A stretch of 64,000 bases of DNA from Escherichia coli (GCF_003334315.1 NZ_QOWR01000025.1), one strand, 5' to 3'; positions 1 to 11,370 are shown, numbered from the stretch's first letter. Made by a program: numbers and translations. The notes: generated from the sequence alone by a model not told the origin.

Positions 1-63
1 TTTTTCGTCTTGCGACGTTAAGAATCCGTATCTTCGAGTGCCCACACAGATTGTCTGATAAAT

Positions 64-75
64 TGTTAAAGAGCA
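64..75 (-). promoter_or_regulatory. boxA antitermination element in rRNA operon leader
   Basis: Minus strand of 61-80 reads gcaactgctctttaacaatt, containing the boxA core GCTCTTTAACAA; the flanking minus-strand sequence matches the 16S upstream leader, so the window starts inside an rrn leader transcribed leftward out of the window. Confidence 0.8.
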
Positions 76-106
76 GTTGCGACGCGGCTTTCAGCTCACT
101 GTCGCG

Positions 107-150
107 AGGTGGCGTATATTACGCTTTCCTCTTTCAGAGTCAACCCTGAA
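107..150 (-). promoter_or_regulatory. rrnH: rRNA operon P2 promoter (rrnH-like)
   Basis: Minus strand has -35 TTGACT (complement of 138-143) and -10 TAATAT (complement of 116-121) with about 16 bp spacing and a GC-rich discriminator; position matches rrn P2 downstream of P1. Confidence 0.75.
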
Positions 151-216
151 TTTCAGGATTTTTCTCTTCAACCGAACCGGCTGTTTGTGTGAAGTGATTC
201 ACATCCGCCGTGTCGA

Positions 217-280
217 TGGAGGCGCATTATAGGGAGTCGGCTCAGGAAGACAAGCGGAAAAATGCATTTTTATTTCAACC
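217..280 (-). promoter_or_regulatory. rrnH: rRNA operon P1 promoter with AT-rich UP element
   Basis: Minus strand reads cttgtc (complement of 249-254) - 16 bp - TATAAT (complement of 226-231) followed by GCGCC discriminator; an AT-rich tract at 255-275 lies immediately upstream, as expected for an UP element. Confidence 0.8.
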
Positions 281-293
281 GCTCATCTTTTAA

Positions 294-869
294 TCATTGC
301 TCCGGTTTTTGCTGCTTTTTTATCGCTTGCGGCAGGTCTGCCAGGCTATTTAACACCCAATCTGCCGCGTTTTCTGCTTCAGGTGTAATAGGTTTACCCG
401 TACGCACCAGCACTTTTGTTCCCACGTTCGCCGCAACCGCTGCCTGCATATCTTCTAATTTATCGCCCACCATATAAGAAGCGGCCATATCAATATGCAA
501 ATAATCGCGTGCTGACAAAAGCATCCCCGGATGTGGTTTGCGGCAATCGCAGACCTGGCGAAACTCTTCAACACTACCCTGCGGATGATGCGGGCAATAA
601 TAGATACCATCCAGATCGACATCTCGGTCCGCCAGCGACCAGTCCATCCACTCGGTCAGCGTTTCAAACTGTGCTTCGGTAAATTTACCGCGAGCAATGC
701 CAGACTGGTTGGTTACTACCACCAGCGCAAAGCCCATTTTTTTTAGCTCGCGCATAGCGTCAATAACACCGTCGATAAATTCAAAGTTGTCGATCTCATG
801 GACATAGCCGTGATCGACATTAATGGTGCCATCACGGTCAAGAAAAATTGCGGGTACGCTCTTCGCCAC
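294..869 (-). CDS. gmhB: D,D-heptose 1,7-bisphosphate phosphatase (HAD family)
   Basis: 191-aa ORF with the HAD motif FLDRDGTIN near the N-terminus; length and sequence match GmhB. Confidence 0.95.
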   Translation of the reverse strand: MAKSVPAIFLDRDGTINVDHGYVHEIDNFEFIDGVIDAMRELKKMGFALVVVTNQSGIARGKFTEAQFETLTEWMDWSLADRDVDLDGIYYCPHHPQGSVEEFRQVCDCRKPHPGMLLSARDYLHIDMAASYMVGDKLEDMQAAVAANVGTKVLVRTGKPITPEAENAADWVLNSLADLPQAIKKQQKPEQ

Positions 870-950
870 CTTTTATAGCTCCTTAATAAGGCATGTGACG
901 CTAGTATCGCATGTTTCGACCTGCAAGAAAGTGCTCTTCGCATAAACCTG

Positions 951-982
951 ATTGATTTAGACGTCTGGATGCCTTAACATCC
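951..982 (+). promoter_or_regulatory. MetJ operator (tandem met boxes) upstream of metN
   Basis: Perfect met-box octamer AGACGTCT at 959-966 flanked by degenerate octamers (ggatgcct, taacatcc), about 75-100 bp upstream of the metN start. Confidence 0.55.
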
Positions 983-1056
983 ATTTCATTGACGGCGTTG
1001 CCCGTTTCAGGCATTCGAGATGCCACGACTAACTTAATGACGATAATAAATAATCA

Positions 1057-2088
1057 ATGATAAAACTTTCGAATATCACCAAAGTGTTCCACCAGGGCAC
1101 CCGCACCATCCAGGCGTTGAACAACGTCAGCCTGCATGTGCCAGCTGGACAAATTTATGGCGTTATCGGTGCCTCAGGCGCGGGTAAGAGTACGCTTATA
1201 CGTTGTGTAAACCTGCTGGAGCGCCCAACCGAGGGTAGCGTGCTGGTCGATGGCCAGGAACTGACCACGCTGTCAGAATCCGAGTTGACCAAAGCTCGCC
1301 GCCAGATTGGTATGATTTTCCAGCATTTTAACCTGCTCTCTTCGCGTACTGTTTTTGGCAACGTGGCTCTGCCGCTGGAGCTGGACAACACACCGAAAGA
1401 CGAGATCAAACGTCGCGTGACGGAATTGCTGTCATTGGTTGGTCTTGGTGATAAGCATGATAGCTATCCGTCGAACCTTTCCGGTGGGCAGAAACAGCGC
1501 GTGGCAATTGCCCGTGCGTTAGCCAGCAATCCCAAAGTATTGCTGTGTGATGAAGCCACCAGCGCGCTGGACCCGGCAACGACACGTTCTATTCTCGAAC
1601 TGCTGAAAGACATCAACCGCCGTCTGGGTTTGACGATTCTGTTGATCACTCACGAAATGGACGTTGTGAAGCGCATTTGTGATTGCGTGGCGGTCATCAG
1701 CAATGGCGAACTGATCGAGCAGGACACGGTAAGTGAAGTGTTCTCGCATCCGAAAACGCCGCTGGCGCAGAAATTTATTCAGTCGACCCTGCATCTGGAT
1801 ATCCCGGAAGATTACCAGGAACGTCTGCAAGCGGAGCCATTTACTGACTGCGTGCCGATGCTGCGTCTGGAATTTACCGGCCAATCGGTCGATGCCCCAC
1901 TGCTTTCTGAAACCGCGCGTCGTTTCAACGTCAACAACAACATTATTAGCGCGCAGATGGATTACGCCGGTGGCGTTAAGTTCGGCATCATGCTGACTGA
2001 AATGCACGGCACACAACAAGATACGCAAGCCGCCATTGCCTGGCTGCAGGAACACCATGTAAAAGTAGAGGTACTGGGTTATGTCTGA
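1057..2088 (+). CDS. metN: methionine ABC transporter ATP-binding protein
   Basis: 343-aa ORF with Walker [13 protein letters not shown] signature LSGGQKQR and a C-terminal regulatory domain; overlaps metI by 8 bp. Confidence 0.95.
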
Positions 2089-2734
2089 GCCGATGATGTG
2101 GCTGCTGGTTCGTGGCGTATGGGAAACGCTGGCAATGACCTTCGTATCCGGTTTTTTTGGCTTTGTGATTGGTCTGCCGGTTGGCGTTCTGCTTTATGTC
2201 ACGCGTCCGGGGCAAATTATTGCTAACGCGAAGCTGTATCGTACCGTTTCTGCGATTGTGAACATTTTCCGTTCCATCCCGTTCATTATCTTGCTGGTAT
2301 GGATGATTCCGTTTACCCGCGTTATTGTCGGTACATCGATTGGTTTGCAGGCAGCGATTGTTCCGTTAACCGTTGGTGCAGCACCGTTTATTGCCCGTAT
2401 GGTCGAGAACGCTCTGCTGGAGATCCCAACCGGGTTAATTGAAGCTTCCCGCGCAATGGGTGCCACGCCGATGCAGATCGTCCGTAAGGTGCTGTTACCG
2501 GAAGCGCTGCCTGGTCTGGTGAATGCGGCAACTATCACCCTGATTACCCTGGTCGGTTATTCCGCGATGGGTGGTGCAGTCGGTGCCGGTGGTTTAGGTC
2601 AGATTGGCTATCAGTATGGCTACATCGGCTATAACGCGACGGTGATGAATACGGTACTGGTATTGCTGGTCATTCTGGTTTATTTAATTCAGTTCGCAGG
2701 CGACCGCATCGTCCGGGCTGTCACTCGCAAGTAA
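2081..2734 (+). CDS. metI: methionine ABC transporter permease
   Basis: 217-aa hydrophobic ORF directly following and overlapping metN. Confidence 0.95.
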
Positions 2735-2773
2735 CGTTCAACACAACATAAATAATTGAAGAAGGAATAAGGT

Positions 2774-3589
2774 ATGGCGTTCAAATTCAAAACCTTTGCG
2801 GCAGTGGGAGCCCTGATTGGATCACTGGCACTGGTAGGCTGCGGTCAGGATGAAAAAGATCCAAACCACATTAAAGTCGGCGTGATTGTTGGTGCCGAAC
2901 AGCAGGTTGCAGAAGTCGCGCAGAAAGTTGCGAAAGACAAATATGGCCTGGACGTTGAGCTGGTAACCTTCAACGACTATGTTCTGCCAAACGAAGCATT
3001 GAGCAAAGGCGATATCGACGCCAACGCCTTCCAGCATAAACCGTACCTTGATCAGCAACTGAAAGATCGTGGCTACAAACTGGTCGCAGTAGGCAACACT
3101 TTTGTTTATCCGATTGCTGGTTACTCCAAGAAAATCAAATCACTGGATGAACTGCAGGATGGTTCGCAGGTTGCCGTGCCAAACGATCCAACTAACCTTG
3201 GTCGTTCACTGCTGCTGCTGCAAAAAGTGGGCTTGATCAAACTGAAAGATGGCGTTGGCCTGCTGCCGACCGTACTTGATGTTGTTGAGAACCCAAAAAA
3301 TCTGAAAATTGTTGAGCTGGAAGCACCGCAGCTGCCTCGCTCTCTGGACGACGCGCAAATCGCTCTGGCAGTTATCAATACCACCTATGCCAGCCAGATT
3401 GGCCTGACTCCAGCGAAAGACGGTATCTTTGTTGAAGATAAAGACTCCCCGTACGTAAACCTGATCGTAACGCGTGAAGATAACAAAGACGCCGAGAACG
3501 TGAAGAAATTCGTCCAGGCTTATCAGTCTGACGAAGTTTACGAAGCAGCAAACAAAGTGTTTAACGGCGGCGCTGTTAAAGGCTGGTAA
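2774..3589 (+). CDS. metQ: methionine-binding lipoprotein (ABC substrate-binding)
   Basis: 271-aa ORF with a lipoprotein signal and lipobox LALVGC; NlpA-family substrate-binding protein completing the metNIQ operon. Confidence 0.95.
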   Translation: MAFKFKTFAAVGALIGSLALVGCGQDEKDPNHIKVGVIVGAEQQVAEVAQKVAKDKYGLDVELVTFNDYVLPNEALSKGDIDANAFQHKPYLDQQLKDRGYKLVAVGNTFVYPIAGYSKKIKSLDELQDGSQVAVPNDPTNLGRSLLLLQKVGLIKLKDGVGLLPTVLDVVENPKNLKIVELEAPQLPRSLDDAQIALAVINTTYASQIGLTPAKDGIFVEDKDSPYVNLIVTREDNKDAENVKKFVQAYQSDEVYEAANKVFNGGAVKGW

Positions 3590-3626
3590 TTTTTAGGCTG
3601 TTTCCACAATTTGTAATATCATTCAG

Positions 3627-3655
3627 GACGGGCGCTTGCCCGTCTTGTCATTTTT
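3627..3655 (+). terminator. intrinsic terminator after metQ
   Basis: GC hairpin gacgggcgcttgcccgtc followed by a T-rich tract (ttgtcattttt), 38 bp after the metQ stop. Confidence 0.7.
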
Positions 3656-3706
3656 ACAAGCTCCTGATTCAATATTGACGTTTTGATCATACATTGAGGA
3701 AATACT

Positions 3707-4111
3707 ATGCGTGCTTTACCGATCTGTTTAGTAGCACTCATGCTAAGCGGCTGTTCCATGTTAAGCAGATCCCCTGTCGAACCCGTTCAAAGCACTGCAC
3801 CCCAGCCGAAAGCGGAGCCTGCAAAGCCGAAAGCGCCGCGCGCCACGCCGGTCCGAATTTATACCAATGCAGAAGAATTAGTCGGCAAACCGTTCCGCGA
3901 TCTCGGTGAAGTCAGTGGCGACTCTTGCCAGGCCTCTAATCAGGACTCTCCGCCGAGCATTCCAACCGCACGTAAGCGGATGCAAATCAACGCCTCTAAA
4001 ATGAAAGCCAATGCTGTATTACTGCATAGCTGCGAAGTCACCAGCGGTACGCCGGGCTGCTATCGTCAGGCTGTATGTATCGGCTCTGCGCTTAACATTA
4101 CGGCGAAATGA
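3707..4111 (+). CDS. rcsF: outer-membrane lipoprotein sensor of the Rcs phosphorelay
   Basis: 134-aa ORF with lipobox LMLSGCS, a Pro/Ala-rich linker and conserved C-terminal cysteines. Confidence 0.93.
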   Translation: MRALPICLVALMLSGCSMLSRSPVEPVQSTAPQPKAEPAKPKAPRATPVRIYTNAEELVGKPFRDLGEVSGDSCQASNQDSPPSIPTARKRMQINASKMKANAVLLHSCEVTSGTPGCYRQAVCIGSALNITAK

Positions 4112-4815
4112 GCAGTTTCCAGTTCGAGCAAATAGGCGTTATTCGCTCGCCCTATAAAGAAAAATTCGCCGTTCCGCGCCAGCCAGGTCTGGTAAAAAGC
4201 GCCAACGGCGAACTGCATCTCATTGCTCCCTACAACCAGGCCGACGCCGTTCGCGGCCTGGAAGCGTTCAGCCATTTATGGATCCTTTTCGTCTTTCATC
4301 AAACGATGGAAGGCGGCTGGCGTCCGACTGTGCGTCCACCGCGCCTCGGCGGTAACGCCAGAATGGGGGTTTTCGCTACGCGCTCCACTTTTCGACCTAA
4401 CCCAATTGGTATGTCGCTGGTAGAGCTGAAAGAGGTTGTTTGCCATAAAGACAGCGTGATTCTAAAGCTCGGCAGTCTGGATCTGGTCGATGGTACGCCG
4501 GTAGTGGATATCAAACCGTATCTCCCCTTTGCCGAATCGCTTCCCGATGCCAGTGCCAGCTATGCGCAAAGTGCGCCAGCTGCAGAGATGGCGGTGAGTT
4601 TTACCGCAGAGGTCGAAAAGCAGCTTTTGACGCTGGAGAAGCGTTATCCGCAGTTAACGCTGTTTATCCGCGAAGTACTGGCGCAGGACCCGCGCCCGGC
4701 CTATCGTAAAGGTGAGGAAACGGGCAAAACCTATGCCGTCTGGCTGCATGATTTTAACGTTCGCTGGCGCGTCACCGACGCAGGTTTTGAAGTCTTTGCG
4801 CTGGAACCGCGTTAA
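4108..4815 (+). CDS. tsaA: tRNA (adenine37-N6)-methyltransferase, TsaA/YaeB family
   Basis: 235-aa ORF; start overlaps the rcsF stop by 4 bp; YaeB-family sequence. Confidence 0.9.
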   Translation: MSSFQFEQIGVIRSPYKEKFAVPRQPGLVKSANGELHLIAPYNQADAVRGLEAFSHLWILFVFHQTMEGGWRPTVRPPRLGGNARMGVFATRSTFRPNPIGMSLVELKEVVCHKDSVILKLGSLDLVDGTPVVDIKPYLPFAESLPDASASYAQSAPAAEMAVSFTAEVEKQLLTLEKRYPQLTLFIREVLAQDPRPAYRKGEETGKTYAVWLHDFNVRWRVTDAGFEVFALEPR

Positions 4816-4925
4816 ATTCACGCCCTTCTCTTTTGACATTTCTTTTGCACTGGTAAACTAAATCACTTTTTTTGTCCCAGGCTCGCCTTGAGCCTGTTCT
4901 ACCTTCCAACTGGAACCGTAACAAC

Positions 4926-6644
4926 ATGCGTACTAGCCAATACCTGCTCTCCACTCTCAAGGAGACACCTGCCGACGCCGAGGTGATCAGCCATCAGCTG
5001 ATGCTGCGCGCCGGGATGATCCGCAAGCTGGCCTCCGGGTTATATACCTGGCTGCCGACCGGCGTGCGCGTTCTGAAAAAAGTCGAAAACATCGTGCGTG
5101 AAGAGATGAACAACGCCGGTGCAATCGAGGTGTCGATGCCGGTGGTTCAGCCAGCCGATTTGTGGCAAGAGAGTGGTCGTTGGGAACAGTACGGTCCGGA
5201 ACTGCTGCGTTTTGTTGACCGTGGCGAGCGTCCGTTCGTACTCGGCCCAACTCATGAAGAAGTTATCACTGACCTGATTCGTAACGAGCTTAGCTCTTAC
5301 AAACAGCTGCCGCTGAACTTCTATCAGATCCAGACCAAGTTCCGCGACGAAGTGCGTCCGCGTTTCGGCGTCATGCGTTCCCGCGAATTCCTGATGAAAG
5401 ATGCTTACTCTTTCCATACTTCTCAGGAATCCCTGCAGGAAACCTACGATGCAATGTATGCGGCCTACAGCAAAATCTTCAGCCGCATGGGGCTGGATTT
5501 CCGCGCCGTACAAGCCGACACCGGTTCTATAGGCGGCAGCGCCTCTCACGAATTCCAGGTGCTGGCGCAGAGCGGTGAAGACGATGTGGTCTTCTCCGAC
5601 ACCTCTGACTATGCAGCGAACATTGAACTGGCAGAAGCTATCGCGCCGAAAGAACCGCGCGCTGCTGCTACCCAGGAAATGACGCTGGTTGATACGCCGA
5701 ACGCGAAAACCATCGCGGAACTGGTTGAACAGTTCAATCTGCCGATTGAGAAAACGGTTAAGACTCTGCTGGTTAAAGCGGTTGAAGGCAGCAGCTTCCC
5801 GCTGGTTGCGCTGCTGGTGCGCGGTGATCACGAGCTGAACGAAGTTAAAGCAGAAAAACTGCCGCAGGTTGCAAGCCCGCTGACTTTCGCGACTGAAGAA
5901 GAAATTCGTGCCGTGGTTAAAGCCGGTCCGGGTTCACTGGGTCCGGTAAACATGCCGATTCCGGTGGTGATTGACCGTACCGTTGCGGCGATGAGTGATT
6001 TCGCTGCTGGTGCTAACATCGATGGTAAACACTACTTCGGCATCAACTGGGATCGCGATGTCGCTACCCCGGAAGTTGCAGATATCCGTAACGTGGTGGC
6101 TGGCGATCCAAGCCCGGATGGCCAGGGTACGCTGCTGATCAAACGTGGTATCGAAGTTGGTCACATCTTCCAGCTGGGTACCAAGTACTCCGAAGCACTG
6201 AAAGCCTCCGTACAGGGTGAAGATGGCCGTAACCAAATCCTGACGATGGGTTGCTACGGTATCGGGGTAACGCGTGTGGTAGCTGCGGCGATTGAGCAGA
6301 ACTACGACGAACGAGGCATCGTATGGCCTGACGCTATCGCGCCGTTCCAGGTGGCGATTCTGCCGATGAACATGCACAAATCCTTCCGCGTACAAGAGCT
6401 TGCTGAGAAACTGTACAGCGAACTGCGTGCACAAGGTATCGAAGTGCTGCTGGATGACCGCAAAGAGCGTCCGGGCGTGATGTTTGCTGATATGGAACTG
6501 ATCGGTATTCCGCACACTATTGTGCTGGGCGACCGTAACCTCGACAACGACGATATCGAATATAAATATCGTCGCAACGGCGAGAAACAGTTAATTAAGA
6601 CTGGTGACATCGTCGAATATCTGGTGAAACAGATTAAAGGCTGA
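4926..6644 (+). CDS. proS: proline--tRNA ligase
   Basis: Class II aaRS sequence; the ORF track starts 18 codons upstream (4872), but the conserved N-terminus MRTSQYLL at 4926 gives the expected 572 aa. Confidence 0.93.
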
Positions 6645-6653
6645 TGCCAGAAA

Positions 6654-6681
6654 GGGTCCTGAATTTCAGGGCCCTTTTTTT
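6654..6681 (+). terminator. intrinsic terminator after proS
   Basis: Hairpin gggtcctgaatttcagggccc followed by a run of seven T, 10 bp after the proS stop. Confidence 0.8.
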
Positions 6682-6697
6682 ACATGGATTGTATAAA

Positions 6698-7522
6698 ATG
6701 GATAAACCAAAGGCGTACTGCCGCCTGTTTCTCCCCAGCTTTCTTTTACTTTCGGCTTGTACCGTTGATATCAGCCAGCCAGACCCATCAGCCACAGCAG
6801 TAGATGCCGAGGCAAAAACATGGGCTGTCAAATTCCAGCATCAAAGCTCTTTCACCGAACAATCAATAAAAGAAATAACGGCACCTGATCTCAAACCCGG
6901 CGATTTGCTGTTCTCCTCAAGCCTTGGGGTAACCTCATTTGGAATCCGCGTCTTCAGCACTTCCTCTGTGAGTCACGTTGCAATCTTTCTGGGTGATAAT
7001 AACGTTGCAGAAGCGACAGGCGCTGGCGTCCAGATCGTTTCCCTTAAAAAAGCGATGAAGCATAGTGATAAGCTTTTCGTCTTACGAGTCCCGGATCTTA
7101 CCCCGCAACAAGCCACAGATATCACCGCGTTTGCCAATAAAATCAAAGATAGCGGTTATAACTATCGCGGCATTGTCGAATTTATTCCCTTTATGGTGAC
7201 TCGCCAGATGTGCTCACTGAATCCGTTCTCCGAGGATTTTCGCCAACAGTGCGTCAGCGGCCTGGCGAAAGCGCAGTTAAGCAGTGTGGGCGAAGGAGAC
7301 AAAAAGTCGTGGTTTTGTTCGGAATTTGTCACGGATGCCTTTGCCAAAGCCGGGCATCCACTTACACTGGCGCAATCGGGCTGGATTAGCCCTGCCGATC
7401 TGATGCATATGCGTATTGGTGATGTCTCTGCGTTTAAGCCAGAAACGCAGTTACAGTATGTTGGGCACCTGAAGCCTGGGATTTATATCAAGGCGGGTCG
7501 CTTTGTTGGTTTGACCCGGTGA
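6698..7522 (+). CDS. yaeF: putative lipoprotein YaeF (NlpC/P60-like)
   Basis: 274 aa from the internal Met (MDKPKAY...) with lipobox LLSAC; the upstream extension in the ORF track overlaps the proS terminator and is unlikely to be translated. Confidence 0.8.
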   Translation: MDKPKAYCRLFLPSFLLLSACTVDISQPDPSATAVDAEAKTWAVKFQHQSSFTEQSIKEITAPDLKPGDLLFSSSLGVTSFGIRVFSTSSVSHVAIFLGDNNVAEATGAGVQIVSLKKAMKHSDKLFVLRVPDLTPQQATDITAFANKIKDSGYNYRGIVEFIPFMVTRQMCSLNPFSEDFRQQCVSGLAKAQLSSVGEGDKKSWFCSEFVTDAFAKAGHPLTLAQSGWISPADLMHMRIGDVSAFKPETQLQYVGHLKPGIYIKAGRFVGLTR

Positions 7523-7527
7523 TAAAG

Positions 7528-7650
<123 letters not shown>

Positions 7651-7721
7651 AACGTGCAAATTCAAAATGTTGAAATATATCCTTCTGGCCTGTTTTGCGT
7701 TTGTTTCTGTCTCAAGACGGG

Positions 7722-8432
7722 TTACTGCCCCAAACTACTGCAATCCTGGTTGGGGTAAAATTTCCCTGCCGTATCGGGTGCCAATACTTTAGTCGGCGCA
7801 CCGGTATCCGGATTACCCTCAAGCGTAAAGTGACCTTCTACTGACAGTAACACCGGTTTTTCACTGTGACCGCGCGCAGCCAGGTAGCTACGCTCCAGCT
7901 CTGCGTTATTCGCTACCATGAAACGTTTTCCGGTCGCGCAATCAGTGAAGGTCGCCGCATCAGCCATATAAAAATACATGCCCCGCAGGGTCATCGGCGT
8001 CATAGGTAAACTGGATTGTGCCGCTTCCAGCGTATAGTTGAACTGCGATTCAATCGGATTGCCTTCACGATCGAGCATCTCCAGCGCATCGCCTTTCGCC
8101 CGATAATATGACTTTTCACCTTTGCTGTCGGTTAATACCAGCTTGTCAGCGGTTCGCGCCCATGTACCGTAGGAAGCGAAGGAGGAAGGTTCTTCACGAG
8201 CACCGAGATAACGCTCATTCATCACCCATGTTCCGTCTTTTTCGAGGAACAGAGAGGTTTCGATTCCTTCGCAATCGGCACACGGCAGCACGCCGCGCCA
8301 ACTTTGCGGCATCGGTTTCAGTTCGGCAGCCTGCGCCGGAGAAAGCGTATCGACTTCGGCCCGATTATTACATCCCATCAGAGTAAAGAGGCTGATTACA
8401 GCCATCGCTGTCACTATCGCTTTTTTCACCAT
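7722..8432 (-). CDS. nlpE: outer-membrane lipoprotein NlpE (Cpx pathway activator)
   Basis: 236-aa ORF with lipobox LFTLMGC and a CXXC motif. Confidence 0.93.
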   Translation of the reverse strand: MVKKAIVTAMAVISLFTLMGCNNRAEVDTLSPAQAAELKPMPQSWRGVLPCADCEGIETSLFLEKDGTWVMNERYLGAREEPSSFASYGTWARTADKLVLTDSKGEKSYYRAKGDALEMLDREGNPIESQFNYTLEAAQSSLPMTPMTLRGMYFYMADAATFTDCATGKRFMVANNAELERSYLAARGHSEKPVLLSVEGHFTLEGNPDTGAPTKVLAPDTAGKFYPNQDCSSLGQ

Positions 8433-8445
8433 CCATTCCTTCTTT

Positions 8446-8868
8446 TTATTCCCGACCGCTGCGCACTTTGCCGCGCATCGCCTTCACGCTTGATTTTTGT
8501 GCTTTCGATGCCAGCCTGCGCTCTTTCGATGCACGGGTGGGCCGCGTGGGTCGTCGGGCTTTTTTTTCTGTTGTTAATTCTTTAATCATAGCCACCAGCC
8601 GGGCCAGAGCTGCTTCGCGGTTCAGTTCCTGACTGCGGTATTCCTGTGCCTTAATGACAATCACGCCATCACTGCTGATCAAATGATGGCTGGCGGCGAG
8701 CAGACGCTCTTTGTAATACTCTGGCAGGCTGGACGCCCGAATGTCAAAACGCAGATGAATAGCCGTTGAGGTCTTATTAACATGCTGCCCGCCCGCGCCC
8801 TGCGCACGAATGGCGGTGATCTCAAGCTCACCATCGGGAATAGCAACATGTCGGGAAATCACAATCAT
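8446..8868 (-). CDS. arfB: peptidyl-tRNA hydrolase ArfB (ribosome rescue factor)
   Basis: 140-aa ORF with a GGQ motif (AGGQHVNKT) and a basic C-terminal tail. Confidence 0.93.
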
Positions 8869-9410
8869 GAAGGTTGTTGCCAGGCGGTTAAGTTCACTTC
8901 CAGATTATTCTTATCATCCGATAACCAGATCACGCCATCCTGAATCGTTGCCTGCAGCGTCATGGTACGATCGGCAAAGGCGCTTACTTTCGCCAGTTGT
9001 TCATCGTCCAGATACCAGACGGAAAGATTGGCAAACTGCACACATTTGCTCTGATTTTGCTGCCACCAGATTTGCGCCGCCCGACTATTATAGGTAAACA
9101 GCGCCACTTCTGCGGCCTGGGTGCAGGCTTTCTTAATCCGCCGCTCATCCGGCAGCCCCAGCTCAATCCACAAATCAATGCCCAGGTGATCGTTACGCAG
9201 CCACGCTTCCGGCTCATCATCGGCACACAAACCACGGGTAAATTGCAGACGTTCATCAGCATATTTCAGCCACGCCAGCAAGCGCAGCATCATACGCTCC
9301 TGGGTTTCTGAAGGATGGCGCGCCAGCGTCAGAGAGGCATCGAGAAACTGGTTGCGGTCGAGATCGGCCACATTAACCGTCGCTTTATAAATTGTCGCTT
9401 TAAGCGCCAT
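8865..9410 (-). CDS. yaeQ: YaeQ family protein (uncharacterised)
   Basis: 181-aa ORF; its stop overlaps the arfB start by 4 bp. Confidence 0.88.
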
Positions 9411-9575
9411 AAGAAAACTCCTTTCGAATCAGGAGGCCATTGTAACGGAATACGTGCAGTTGCGGCGCTGATATTGCAGAAATGAGTGTGGTATAGTCAC
9501 CTTGCGAAACAGAGTTTATCTTCGTAGGCTTAGACTTGCATCCACGGTTAAGTCAGAGTGCTGACAGGAGGGCAT

Positions 9576-9776
9576 GTGGAAAAATATTGTGAGTTAATAC
9601 GCAAGCGGTACGCGGAAATCGCCAGCGGAGACTTAGGATACGTTCCGGACGCGCTGGGCTGCGTTTTGAAAGTGCTGAATGAAATGGCTGCCGACGACGC
9701 CCTTTCTGAGGCTGTCAGGGAAAAAGCAGCATACGCTGCGGCAAACTTACTGGTGAGCGATTATGTCAATGAATGA
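9576..9776 (+). CDS. yaeP: UPF0253 small protein YaeP
   Basis: 66 codons from GTG at 9576, preceded by a strong RBS aggaggg (9565-9571); the ORF track begins at an upstream GTG (9558) without a comparable RBS. Overlaps rof by 14 bp. Confidence 0.7.
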
Positions 9777-10023
9777 TACGTATCAACCAATCAATTGTGA
9801 TGATTACGATAATCTTGAGCTCGCCTGCCAGCATCATTTAATGCTGACACTTGAGCTGAAAGATGGCGAAAAATTGCAGGCAAAAGCCAGTGATTTAGTC
9901 TCCCGCAAAAATGTGGAATACCTGGTCGTCGAGGCCGCTGGCGAAACCCGCGAGCTGCGTCTGGATAAAATTACCAGCTTTAGCCACCCGGAAATCGGTA
10001 CGGTGGTGGTAAGCGAATCCTGA
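9763..10023 (+). CDS. rof: Rho-binding anti-termination protein Rof (YaeO)
   Basis: 86-aa ORF overlapping the yaeP 3' end; sequence matches Rof. Confidence 0.9.
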
Positions 10024-10032
10024 TTGACTTTC

Positions 10033-10065
10033 GCCGGATGCGACGTTTGATGCGTCTTATCCGGC
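10033..10065. repeat. REP element
   Basis: gccggatgcgacgtttgatgcgtcttatccggc palindrome between the convergent rof and tilS stops. Confidence 0.75.
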
Positions 10066-10071
10066 TTTCAC

Positions 10072-11370
10072 TTAACTAAGCGTTTTCTGCCAGACAAAAC
10101 TTACGCCATTCTCACCTTCAGCCACACCTTCTTGCGTCACAAATACCCCTGCCGCCGCAATCAGCGTTTCGCCATAAAACAGCAGTGGCGTGGTGTCACG
10201 TAGCCACGGCGGCACGCCCAGCTCTTGCCAGATTTTCTTTAGCTTACGTCCGCCGTTACGCCCGACAATATGCAGCAATCCTGGCGCTTTGAAACGCACG
10301 CTGACCGCTTCGTCTGCACGCGGAGGGCGAATATCGCCTCCCGCATTAAGCTGTACACTTCCCAGCCCCGCCGGTAATTCCAGCGGTTGAAGCCACGTCT
10401 GCCACGGCACAATGTTTTCGCTTTGCCCGGTGACGGATTTAATCCACCACAGTTGCGACTGATAGCGTCGGATTTCAAACGCGCCCAAACGTAAACAGGG
10501 TGAGGCATCTTCCCGCGCCAGCGCCACTTCCTGCCAGATCCTCACCAACGCGTCGCGGGAAGGCATCGGTGCATTCTGCCCTGCCAGCCAGCGGCGGATA
10601 ATCGCCGCGCGGCGGGCATCACTCATCGCCAGCATTGGCACAATCTGCAGCGTCCCCTGCGGCGATTGACAGTGTGCTAAATCATCTGCCAGCAGTTCAT
10701 CCAGCAGGCTCTCTTGTTCAGCACAAAGTGCGGCGCTGCGGGCCGTTGCTTCGGCAAAATGCGGCCAACGCTGCTGCAATAACGGCACTACGCGCAGGCG
10801 CAGAAAGTTACGATCGTATGAGTCGTCCTGATTACTTTCGTCTTCAATCCAGCGTAAATCATACTGACGCGCCCACTGCACCAGTTCCCCCCGCGTGCGG
10901 GCGAGCAACGGGCGAATAAGCCGCGTTCCGGCAAACTCCGAGACTTCCGCCATAGCCGAAAGCCCGGCAGGGCCACTGCCGCGTTTTAGCGCCAGCAGAA
11001 AGGTTTCACATTGATCGTCGAGATGTTGCGCGGTGACCAGCACTTCACCGGGCAACAAGGTGCGGGCAAATGCCTGATAACGTGCCTGCCGCGCCTGGGC
11101 CTCAATGCCCAGTCCTTCTTGCGCAAGTTGTACGCGTTCGACCACCAGCGGCACCTGCCACTGTTGGCAGACGTTTTCGCAATGCGTAACCCAGGCATCG
11201 GCATTGGCACTTAAACCGTGATGCACATGAATAGCGCGCAGAGCGACACCCGGATTTTCCGTCCGCCACTGCACCAACTGATGCAGCAGAACGGTGGAGT
11301 CAAGCCCGCCGCTAAAGGCCACCAGAATCTGGCGTGAGGTGAGAAGTTGTCTATTGAGCGTGAGTGTCAT
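10072..11370 (-). CDS. tilS: tRNA(Ile)-lysidine synthetase
   Basis: 432-aa ORF with the PP-loop motif SGGLDS near the N-terminus. Confidence 0.95.

Noticed and set aside
4816-4925. Apparent 1-bp coordinate offset of the genes left of proS relative to remembered reference coordinates
   Set aside because: The offset depends on my recalled reference coordinates, which may be off by one; without an alignment it cannot be separated from a memory error, so it is not reported as a finding.
5040-5831. 263-aa ORF antisense within proS; similar long antisense ORFs in dnaE (16773-17474), dapD (37763-38422), fhuA (54283-55125) and mrcB (58243-58755)
   Set aside because: Each is completely embedded opposite a well-supported conserved gene, and none has domain-like sequence.
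9411-9575. Candidate sigma-70 promoter (ttgcag ... tggtatagt) upstream of yaeP
   Set aside because: The spacing between the putative -35 and the extended -10 is only about 12 bp, too short for a canonical promoter; not called.
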